Positions 56,598 through 64,000 of a DNA stretch of 64,000 nucleotides are shown here, piece after piece; position 1 is the stretch's first letter, and each line of letters begins with the position of its first letter. The position numbers were made by a program, and so were the translations under genes. Under the pieces are notes generated by a model, which was given only the letters and a program-made list of their open reading frames with translations, made no database searches and was not told the origin of the DNA. This DNA comes from an uncultured Anaerolineales bacterium. Lineage in GTDB: Bacteria; Chloroflexota; Anaerolineae; Anaerolineales; UBA11858. The stretch spans positions 13,553 through 77,552 of the forward strand of contig CAYZTL010000016.1 of NCBI GenBank assembly GCA_964481465.1, in the 5' to 3' direction.

Positions 56598-57265
56598 AGG
56601 CTTATTTCCTTCTCGCGCTGTCTGGATTAATCGCCATTGCCAATTGGTTCATCGTCGCCCGCCAGCGCAGCTTGTGGGACTGGATCACAAAACCCGGCGT
56701 GATTCTGACCCTGATCACCAGCCTCCTTCTTCTACCCTCCCGTGATCACCTGGCAATCTGGATAGTGCTGGCGCTCTTACTTTCGATGGCTGGCGACATC
56801 TTTTTACTTTTCCCCCAACGATTTTTCCTCCACGGCTTGGGTGCCTTCCTCGGCGCTCATATCGCTTACATCATAGCCTTCAACAGGGCTCCACCTCCCC
56901 TCAACACAGGGATCATCCTCTTCATGATCGCTATCATCGCAGTCACAAGCCTGTTTTATGTACGCTTATATCAAGCCCTGAAGAAAGGGGGACAAAATAA
57001 GTACCTCCTCCCCACCCTGCTTTACGCCATCGGCATCGCTGGCATGCTCTTCTCCTCCCTTTCTACGTCCTTTCGACCCAACTGGACATATCAAAGCAGC
57101 CTTCTCGCTTCCTGCGGGGGATTGTCCTTCTTCCTGTCGGATGCCATCCTCGCCTGGCATCGATTCATCGCGCCCATAAGACATAGAAATTTGAAAGTGC
57201 GCCTGACCTACCACCTGGGCCAAATATGCCTGGTTTGGGGAGTGATCCTCCAATCCCAACTGTAA
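56594..57265 (+). CDS. YhhN-family (lysoplasmalogenase-like) membrane protein
   Basis: Polytopic, with ...MAGDIFLLFP..., ...LGAFLGAHIAYIIAF..., ...FFLSDAILAW.... ATGA overlap with era. Confidence 0.8.
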   Translation: MKAYFLLALSGLIAIANWFIVARQRSLWDWITKPGVILTLITSLLLLPSRDHLAIWIVLALLLSMAGDIFLLFPQRFFLHGLGAFLGAHIAYIIAFNRAPPPLNTGIILFMIAIIAVTSLFYVRLYQALKKGGQNKYLLPTLLYAIGIAGMLFSSLSTSFRPNWTYQSSLLASCGGLSFFLSDAILAWHRFIAPIRHRNLKVRLTYHLGQICLVWGVILQSQL

Positions 57266-57357
57266 CTTTTCCATCCCCCAGCAGACGAGTGGTGACTGAG
57301 AATCTTTTTTCCCCCTGAACCGACCATTTTTATTGATAAGTGGAAAATAAGCAGGGA

Positions 57358-60258
57358 TCAGCGGATGACTTCGAAGGTCACTGTTTGCTGATCGATATTC
57401 CCGGCCTTATCTACGGCTCTTACTTTCAAGGTAAATGTCCCCACTTCCATCTCCCAGGGATAGACAAAGGGAGGCCGGTCACGGGACGCGATCAGGCGGT
57501 AATTTAGATAGAATTTGACTTCGTCTACACTTGCGTTATCCGCTGCCTGGGCACGGAAGAGGATTTCCCCCCCGGGTTGATAGCCAAACTGACGCCCATC
57601 GATCTCTTCCGCGATACTTACCGTAGGTGGTGTATTATCCACGGAAACGATGGTGGAGGCTTTTTCCACTCGCTGCCCCTCTCTTACCACGACCAGCTGT
57701 ACGGCGTACAATCCGTCTTCCACTCCTGTAGTATCCCATGCGACCAGGATTTTCCCCCCTTTGGGATCATCGCTTTCCTCATGAATTTGCTGCCAAGTTT
57801 TAGGATTCAACCCCTTTCCAAATTGAATCCGGTAAGAAAGGATGTCCTCCTCTGGGACCTCTCCGCTCACCTCCACCTCTTCCCGCACAAAGCTGAAGTT
57901 TTCAGGATAGGCAATTCGCACATCCGGAGACCGGGAGCCTTGACCGCTCAGATCATACTGCTGCGGCGGTGAGGAAATCCCCCGTTCTTGGGCCCATTCT
58001 TTCGCTTCAGGGGGGATATTCAAGAATGTCCGTTCTTCAATGAGCTCAGGCGGTGTGAACACAGTGGCTAACTGATTGGTCTCACGGTTGATTTCCAAGG
58101 CCTGGTACAAGTTATCCTCTTGGGTCGGTTCATTCCCCTGGATGAAGATCTCTCGGACAACCTCCGGGCATTGATCCGTTGGTAACAGGCCTGATGGGGA
58201 GCAAACATCCAGCGTCGTCATCTCATCCGGTAGTTCCCAGTCCAGAAGGGGCTGCCCCTTCAATGCGTATTGAGTCAGGGCCCGCCAATAGCCGGAAGCT
58301 ACCTTTGACAGGGCGTTATGAATCCCTTCCGTTCCTTCACTCTCCATCCAGACTGCGGTCACCATTTGAGGCGTATAACCTACTGTCCAGATCTGTCCCT
58401 TCTGGGAGGTGTTTCCCAGTTTGACAGCAGCCGGTCTACCGATGTCAAACACATTCTGCCTGCCCAAGCTCGGACTGCGAGCATTACTATCGCTTAGCAC
58501 ATGGGTGACCATATACGCCAGCTGTTTGCTGATCACCGCTCGACTGATTAGCCGGGGATTCTCACGCCAGATTCTCCCCGAGAGATCCTCCACTTGGATA
58601 ACGATGACTGGATCCAGCCTGCCACCGTCCTCCGAAGAGGGCCATCCTCGCAATACTCCCCCATTGCTGAAGACGCCGAAACTCTGGGCAACATCAAGGA
58701 TGGTGACAGCATGACTCCCGGGAAACAACTGGCATGAAAAGCAGGGTGTATTGGGGATTTCCACCCCCATTTGAGAAAGGGTATTCTCGATATTCCCCGG
58801 CCTCAAGTTCTCCCAGAACCTTAATGCCGGAACCAAATAATCATTGACCATCGCCAACCGGATGCTCACAGGGCCTTGGAATTCACAATCCTCCTCACAA
58901 GCAGGATGGAGATCCTCCACGGTTATTTCGCTATTTTCGGGGGGGATATCCCAAACCAGCGCAGCCGGCTCATACCCCTGTGTGAAGGATGTCAAATATA
59001 TGAACGGGGTAAGGAGGGAGCCAGGGGGATGAGCGGTAAAGAAATTGGAAAGCCCGCTTGGGTGGTTACCAACCATGGCCAGGATGTATCCATTTCTGGG
59101 ATCCATTTGAACGACATCTATATCCAACTGCCCGGCACTGTGGAGGATCTGCCCTGAGTAATTGGGCAGCAATCGGGCCGCTTCACACCCCTCCCCCCCA
59201 GAAGGTTCCTCGCCGCGGTATCTGGCCAAGCCCACTTGGATAGCGCATTCCATTTGAGATTGCAGCGTCTTGTCAAGCGTAGTGGTGATTTTAAACCCGC
59301 CCTTTGTAAGTCGATCCCTGGGAATCTCCTCATCTATCTGACCGAGCACATAATTCACAAAACTGGGGCGAGGAAGGGTGGTTTTTCCCTCTTGATTAAA
59401 CGTCAACTTGTATTCCCGCGCTTGATCTCCCTCCTCCTCGGTAATCAAATCCTCTTTGATCATTTTCTCTAAAAGCTCACGCTGCCTTTCCCTGGCAGCC
59501 TGCGGGGCATCAAAAGGATTCAGGGCGGGCGCTTCGGAAACTGCTGCTAACATCGCTGATTCCGCCAGATTAAGTTGGTAGACGGGCTTCCCAAAGTAAA
59601 CTTTCGCTGCGGAAGCCACACCGTATATTTGGCGCCCATAAAAAGCGCTGTTTAAATACCACTCTAAGACTTTTTCCCTCCCATATTGGGCCGTGATCTG
59701 GCTGGCCAAGATCCCTTCCCGGATCTCCCGCCACCCAGTGGATGGTTCTTGCCAGAGGAGGAGGTCAGAGACAAGACGGCGTGGGATCGTCTTTTCATCT
59801 CGCTGCCAATCCAGGATACTGAGATTTGATCTCGAGAAATACGTGGGGTCGGAAGCAGCAATGGTTGCTTTGACCATCTCGGGAGGGATGTCCGATCTCA
59901 AGGCTTTTTCACTGAGATCTAATATTGCATACTCCCGCTTGTCAATCAGGGGATGCTCAAACGCCCACAAGACATCTTCACCACCCTGGGCATAGATCCG
60001 CGTGGGCTGCATGAGCATTCCCCCATCAGGGTTCAACAAAATGGAAAGCTGGTTCACAGACGGCAAATCTTGGCTGATTCGAACGTAAAAGGATACCAAA
60101 GCAATGGTGAGGGCAACCAACAACAAACTGAACAGGAGGGCAAAACCAAATGCCGTTTTGCCCAAAAGGGTATGGCTTTTCTTATTTCTCCGTTTCACCC
60201 GGGAATGGATGAGATGAGGGATTCTAGTCATGGCAACAGCGTTCTGGCAAGTAATCAA
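57358..60258 (-). CDS. Class-A penicillin-binding-protein homologue (GT51 plus transpeptidase fold plus C-terminal Ig-like domain) with substituted catalytic motifs
   Basis: TM anchor. GT51-like ...REKVLEWYLNSAFYGRQIYGVASAAKVYFGKPVYQLNLAESAMLAAVSEAP.... TPase-like ...MDPRNGYILAMVGN...PGSLLTPFIY.... C-terminal DNTPPTVSI...VDEVKFYLN...VRAVDKAGN. The start may be the ATG at 60231 rather than the TTG at 60258. Confidence 0.8.
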   Translation of the reverse strand: MITCQNAVAMTRIPHLIHSRVKRRNKKSHTLLGKTAFGFALLFSLLLVALTIALVSFYVRISQDLPSVNQLSILLNPDGGMLMQPTRIYAQGGEDVLWAFEHPLIDKREYAILDLSEKALRSDIPPEMVKATIAASDPTYFSRSNLSILDWQRDEKTIPRRLVSDLLLWQEPSTGWREIREGILASQITAQYGREKVLEWYLNSAFYGRQIYGVASAAKVYFGKPVYQLNLAESAMLAAVSEAPALNPFDAPQAARERQRELLEKMIKEDLITEEEGDQAREYKLTFNQEGKTTLPRPSFVNYVLGQIDEEIPRDRLTKGGFKITTTLDKTLQSQMECAIQVGLARYRGEEPSGGEGCEAARLLPNYSGQILHSAGQLDIDVVQMDPRNGYILAMVGNHPSGLSNFFTAHPPGSLLTPFIYLTSFTQGYEPAALVWDIPPENSEITVEDLHPACEEDCEFQGPVSIRLAMVNDYLVPALRFWENLRPGNIENTLSQMGVEIPNTPCFSCQLFPGSHAVTILDVAQSFGVFSNGGVLRGWPSSEDGGRLDPVIVIQVEDLSGRIWRENPRLISRAVISKQLAYMVTHVLSDSNARSPSLGRQNVFDIGRPAAVKLGNTSQKGQIWTVGYTPQMVTAVWMESEGTEGIHNALSKVASGYWRALTQYALKGQPLLDWELPDEMTTLDVCSPSGLLPTDQCPEVVREIFIQGNEPTQEDNLYQALEINRETNQLATVFTPPELIEERTFLNIPPEAKEWAQERGISSPPQQYDLSGQGSRSPDVRIAYPENFSFVREEVEVSGEVPEEDILSYRIQFGKGLNPKTWQQIHEESDDPKGGKILVAWDTTGVEDGLYAVQLVVVREGQRVEKASTIVSVDNTPPTVSIAEEIDGRQFGYQPGGEILFRAQAADNASVDEVKFYLNYRLIASRDRPPFVYPWEMEVGTFTLKVRAVDKAGNIDQQTVTFEVIR

Positions 60259-60321
60259 AGAAGAGGGCAGAAAAAACCGGGAAAGGCTATTTTAAGAATA
60301 AACATATGCTTCGGGTTGGAT

Positions 60322-62076
60322 TCATGCCGGAGGATGGCCAGCAGACTCCATACCTTCAACCTTTTGATTGACGGTTAGCAGGAGCTCCCTTGCTGATTGA
60401 AGGGTGTGATCGCTGACACCGCCCAGCATTTGAGCTAACTCTCGCATCCGCTCTTCTCCTTTCAACTCATACACATTAATAAGCGTCCGTTGATCCACTA
60501 CTGTTTTTGAGACCTGGTAATGTTGCTGTCCAAAGCTGGCCAATTGAGGTAAATGGGTGATACAAATCACCTGATGACCTTCCGTCAAGCGGCGGAGCTT
60601 CTCTCCTACCACCGCCCCCACCCTCCCACCAATCCCTTGATCGATTTCATCAAAGACCAGGGTAGAAATATGGTCGGCTTTGGCGAGGACATGTTTGATC
60701 GCCAACATCAATCGCGCCGTTTCTCCTCCGGAGGCAATCTTGGCCAACGGTTTAAACCCTTCCCCCGGGTTGGTTTCGATCAGGAATTCCACTTCTTCCA
60801 AGCCATCTTTGGTGAATTTCACCCGCTGGTTTGGTGCAATCAGGACTCCATGGGGGTCAGGGGTTTGTTGAAAGTCAACCCGAAAGCGCGATTCAGCCAT
60901 GCGGAGATCATCCAGCTCACTTTCCAGTTCCCCTTCCAATCTTTCTGCTGCCGTTCTCCTGCTTTCAGACAATTGCTTTCCACGGTGGGCCAATTCCTCC
61001 AGCAGCGCTTCCTCTTCTCTTTCTAATTCCTCGATTCTTGCGCTTCGATCCGTGATCGTCTTTAACTCTTCCCGCGCTTGAGATGCATGATCGATGACAT
61101 CTGGAATGGTCTCCCCGTATTTGCGTTTTAAGTCCCGGATCAACGCCAGACGTTCCTCGACCCGCTCCAGTTCCTGGGGTTCAAACTCCAACTTTTCTAA
61201 ATATGACCGCAAGGCAAGGTTTATCTCCTCCACCCCCCCAGAAACCTCCTGCGTTTTCTCTTCCAGGTCTGCCAATGACGGATCTGTTTTCACCATGGCG
61301 GTGACGGCATCCACAAATTGGCCGAATAAATCCGTGATCGTCGGTTGGGAAGGAGGCGCATCCTCCAGGAGCATAAGGGCTTCCTGGCACCTCTCAGCGA
61401 GTTTTTCCGCGTTCGCCAGCCTTTTCATTCTTTCAGATAATTCCTCATCTTCCCCCTCAACCAAATTTGCAGCCTGGATCTCGTTCACCTGAAATTCAAG
61501 TAATTCCAGGCGTCTTTCAGCCTTGCGATCCAGCTCCTTCAGATGTTTGATCTCCGAACGGATGTGTCGTAATTGATGATACGCGCTTTGATAGGATGCC
61601 AATTCTTCTTCATTCCCCGCGTAACGGTCCAATAAGCCTAAATGCTGATTCACCCTCAACAAGGAGAGATGATCGGACTGCCCGTGAATGTCCACTAAAT
61701 ACTCCCCTAGTTGAACCAGCAGTCCCACATTCGCGCGGTGACCGTTAACCCGGGCGACATTCCGGCGATCTCGACGAAGCTCCCGGCTGAGCGTTACGTA
61801 TTCACGGTCATCCAACATGTCCTCTCGCTCAAGAAGAGAGTAAATGGGTTCTTTGACTGCCTCGGGGATCCGGAAAACCGCCTCCACGGTAGCCCGTTCG
61901 CTCCCGCTACGCAGGTTCGTCATGTCCACCCGCTGGCCGAGTAACATATCTAATGCACCCATGATGATGGATTTTCCTGCCCCAGTTTCCCCGGTTAATA
62001 CGATCAAACCAGGTTTAAAGAGCAGATCCAATTCATGAATAATCGCGAAGTTCTCTATATGTAATTCACGTAACAT
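60322..62076 (-). CDS. recN: DNA repair protein RecN
   Basis: MLRELHIENFAIIHELDLLFKPGLIVLTGETGAGKSII..., long coiled coil, C-terminal ...ASGGETARLMLAIK...VFDEIDQGIGG.... Confidence 0.95.
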   Translation of the reverse strand: MLRELHIENFAIIHELDLLFKPGLIVLTGETGAGKSIIMGALDMLLGQRVDMTNLRSGSERATVEAVFRIPEAVKEPIYSLLEREDMLDDREYVTLSRELRRDRRNVARVNGHRANVGLLVQLGEYLVDIHGQSDHLSLLRVNQHLGLLDRYAGNEEELASYQSAYHQLRHIRSEIKHLKELDRKAERRLELLEFQVNEIQAANLVEGEDEELSERMKRLANAEKLAERCQEALMLLEDAPPSQPTITDLFGQFVDAVTAMVKTDPSLADLEEKTQEVSGGVEEINLALRSYLEKLEFEPQELERVEERLALIRDLKRKYGETIPDVIDHASQAREELKTITDRSARIEELEREEEALLEELAHRGKQLSESRRTAAERLEGELESELDDLRMAESRFRVDFQQTPDPHGVLIAPNQRVKFTKDGLEEVEFLIETNPGEGFKPLAKIASGGETARLMLAIKHVLAKADHISTLVFDEIDQGIGGRVGAVVGEKLRRLTEGHQVICITHLPQLASFGQQHYQVSKTVVDQRTLINVYELKGEERMRELAQMLGGVSDHTLQSARELLLTVNQKVEGMESAGHPPA

Positions 62077-62077
62077 T

Positions 62078-62608
62078 TCAGTTAGTAAATCGGTAATAAA
62101 CCGTCGAAGTGATCGTCACCGCGTAAACGACGACCCAAATAAAGGGATATAAGCCGCCCACAGCCAGCCATCCAAAATTGAAGAGGGCGGAAAAACTATT
62201 TAATCCCTGGATGATGATCATTGGCAAGCAGGCGATAAACGCGGTCGCTCCTACCACTTTATACAACAGCGGCGAGCGGCGGTTGGAGATGCTCTTGCGC
62301 ACCGCGATCTCCACCCCCATCCCCGCTATGGGCGCGAGAAGGATGGTGAAGAACCCCAAGCGGACAGCAAGCAAACTCCCCAGGAAAGACAATATTCCCG
62401 TGACCAACACAGCGAGGAGGTAATCGTGCCACTTAACGGTGACAAAGACCTTTTGCTGGTTCCGCACACATTCCGGACAGCGATACCCGGTGGGAGTTTG
62501 AATCGCGCATTGCACACAAATCGGTCGATTGCAGCGGTTACACCTTAATTTGGTTTCCCTTTTGGGATGAAAGGCACAGGTCAGCGTCGATTCGTTATCA
62601 GGCATCAT
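62078..62608 (-). CDS. Membrane protein with an N-terminal Cys/His-rich (B-box-like) zinc finger
   Basis: MMPDNESTLTCAFHPKRETKLRCNRCNRPICVQCAIQTPTGYRCPECV followed by ~4-5 TM segments. The ATGATG start overlaps the nadK stop. The stop lies 1 nt before the recN ATG. The track ORF extends spuriously to 62731. Confidence 0.7.
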   Translation of the reverse strand: MMPDNESTLTCAFHPKRETKLRCNRCNRPICVQCAIQTPTGYRCPECVRNQQKVFVTVKWHDYLLAVLVTGILSFLGSLLAVRLGFFTILLAPIAGMGVEIAVRKSISNRRSPLLYKVVGATAFIACLPMIIIQGLNSFSALFNFGWLAVGGLYPFIWVVVYAVTITSTVYYRFTN

Positions 62609-63473
62609 GATCCTTAACGGAGGGATTCCGGTCCATGTAGGGGATGAGATTACGATAAAAATACCCCGGATCTTGGAAACGGATGAACTGCACGGTGTGG
62701 TCGCTGACGCGGGCTTCAACCTTATCTTCATCCCTTATGGAAATGGGGTTTTGACCATCAATGGTCAACAGCGCTTTGTGTTCCGTGCGCGTGGTAATCG
62801 AAACCGTGGAGCTTTCATCCAGCACCAAGGATTGCTCAATGGATAGATGGGGGGCCACCGGTACCAAAACGATATTCCGCAATTCCGGCGCCAGTATCGG
62901 TCCCCCTGCAGCCATGGCGTATGCTGTCGAACCTGTCGGGGTGGCGGCGATGATGCCATCGGCAACGTAAGTGCTCAGATGCCGATCATTGATATGGATT
63001 TCCAGTTGAATAGGACGGATAATGTCCCCGCGGCTGATAACGGCTTCGTTAAGGGCATTCCATTCCCCCCTTACCTCGTCCCCACGCCAATGAACAACGC
63101 CGAGCATCATGCGGTGTTCTATCCAATACTCCCTTGTGAATAAACGGTCGAGCGCTTCTTGCCACTCATCCTGATTGATCTCTGTCAAAAATCCAAAGCG
63201 GCCTAAATTGATTCCCAGGATGGGGAGTTTTTGCGGGCCGCTGATATGACCCGCTCGAAGCATGGTCCCATCCCCTCCTAACGCGACCAATACATCAGGG
63301 TTTTGCTGCTGCATATCGCGATGGAAATCACCTTCATCAAAACGCCCAAGGATGACGTCTTTGCCTTCCTCAGCCAAATATTCCGCCACATTTTCAGCAA
63401 CATCAAGGGCTGCGTGATTTTTTGGATGTACAGCGATGGCAAATTTGGCTAATTTCATCGATTTCTCATTCAT
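62598..63473 (-). CDS. nadK: NAD kinase
   Basis: ...LVALGGDGTMLRA..., ...GINLGRFGFLTE..., ...ADGIIAATPTGSTAYAMAAGGPI.... Confidence 0.95.
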   Translation of the reverse strand: MNEKSMKLAKFAIAVHPKNHAALDVAENVAEYLAEEGKDVILGRFDEGDFHRDMQQQNPDVLVALGGDGTMLRAGHISGPQKLPILGINLGRFGFLTEINQDEWQEALDRLFTREYWIEHRMMLGVVHWRGDEVRGEWNALNEAVISRGDIIRPIQLEIHINDRHLSTYVADGIIAATPTGSTAYAMAAGGPILAPELRNIVLVPVAPHLSIEQSLVLDESSTVSITTRTEHKALLTIDGQNPISIRDEDKVEARVSDHTVQFIRFQDPGYFYRNLIPYMDRNPSVKDHDA

Positions 63474-63481
63474 CAGAACGT

Positions 63482-63509
63482 ATTATATCCACTCAGCAAA
63501 GGATGGCAA
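63482..63509 (-). promoter_or_regulatory. nadK promoter: TTGCCA, 16-nt spacer, TATAAT, only 8 nt upstream of the ATG
   Basis: The reverse complement of 63482-63509 reads TTGCCAtcctttgctgagtggaTATAAT, followed by acgttctg and then ATG. Confidence 0.5.
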
Positions 63510-63781
63510 GCGTTCCTATGGAGAGATATTTCGCCCTCCACCCCACCTTAATCCGGTGGAAGTATGCCCGATTTACCTGCTTCCAGCCACAGGACTAAAG
63601 AAACCCATGCACCGGCAGCTCAGCAGGCATGCAGCCACTTGAACGCTGGTACGTACCGGTGCTGCAGCATTCACACATCCCGCATTGGTGCGGAGTGAAT
63701 TCGTGCCCACCTGCAAACTTTCAGGGGCAGCCCGCTTCTGGTCAAACGGAGACCATCCCTGGAATACGGGGATGAAGACAT

Positions 63782-64000
63782 TCAGAACGGAATATCGTCC
63801 TCATCCACCCCTTGCCCCCCACTTTCAGGTTCGCCGGGTTGGTAAGCCTGGTCTTCCGCTCGGGTTGACAGGAAGACAACCCGTCGGGCGGTGACCTCAA
63901 ACGATGCTCCGGGCGTTCCATCACTGCGGGTCCAGATACGCGGCCCTCCCGTTTCAGGATCGGGTCTCAAGCGCCCATCCACCAAAACCCGGCTTCCTTG
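63782..64000 (-). CDS. ssb: Single-stranded DNA-binding protein (3' part; the N-terminus lies beyond the window)
   Basis: The reading frame is open to the window edge. OB-fold tail ...RIWTRSDGTPGASFEVTARRVVFL..., Gly/Pro/Glu-rich linker, and the hallmark C-terminal DEDDIPF. Confidence 0.85.
   Translation of the reverse strand, partial: QGSRVLVDGRLRPDPETGGPRIWTRSDGTPGASFEVTARRVVFLSTRAEDQAYQPGEPESGGQGVDEDDIPF

Overview
GC-rich bacterial chromosomal window, mostly core housekeeping genes. The gene content, Pro/Thr-linker proteins and lamin-tail-domain nuclease suggest a Chloroflexota-like organism, but that is a low-confidence inference. Minus strand, 29.4-55.4 kb: an uninterrupted run of rpoB, then rpsL-rpsG-fusA-tuf, then the S10/spc/alpha ribosomal-protein clusters (rpsJ to rplQ, with secY-adk-map-rpmJ), then truA-rplM-rpsI. 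It lacks rpoC and infA and has two unusually long internal spacers. Plus strand, 15.1-24.4 kb: mreB-mreC-mreD-mrdA-minC-minD-minE-rodA, then gltX, which converges on glnS. A tRNA-Gln(CUG) sits divergently beside glnS. Other calls: a 2-oxoacid:ferredoxin oxidoreductase pair; lexA with a Cheo-type SOS box inside its own promoter; a 1500-aa lipoprotein-anchored ExeM/NucH-type nuclease with four lamin-tail domains; DUF4013 and AIM24-family proteins; mazG (YabN-type); era; a YhhN-family protein; a class-A-PBP homologue in which every catalytic motif I could align is substituted; the nadK / Zn-finger membrane protein / recN operon; and a partial ssb. The only clearly accessory region is the left end (about 0.2-5.8 kb). 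It holds a lipoprotein, an orphan RHH-DUF433 antitoxin-like gene, and an 888-aa mosaic protein. That protein combines a C39-like peptidase domain, an unrecognised basic ~19-aa repeat array, and a Gly-rich hydrophobic C-terminal module. Its last ~280 codons and two downstream membrane ORFs lie in a visibly AT-rich block, so my best candidate for something new is a toxin/immunity-like cassette. All calls come from reading the ORF translations and the sequence by eye. No database search was run.
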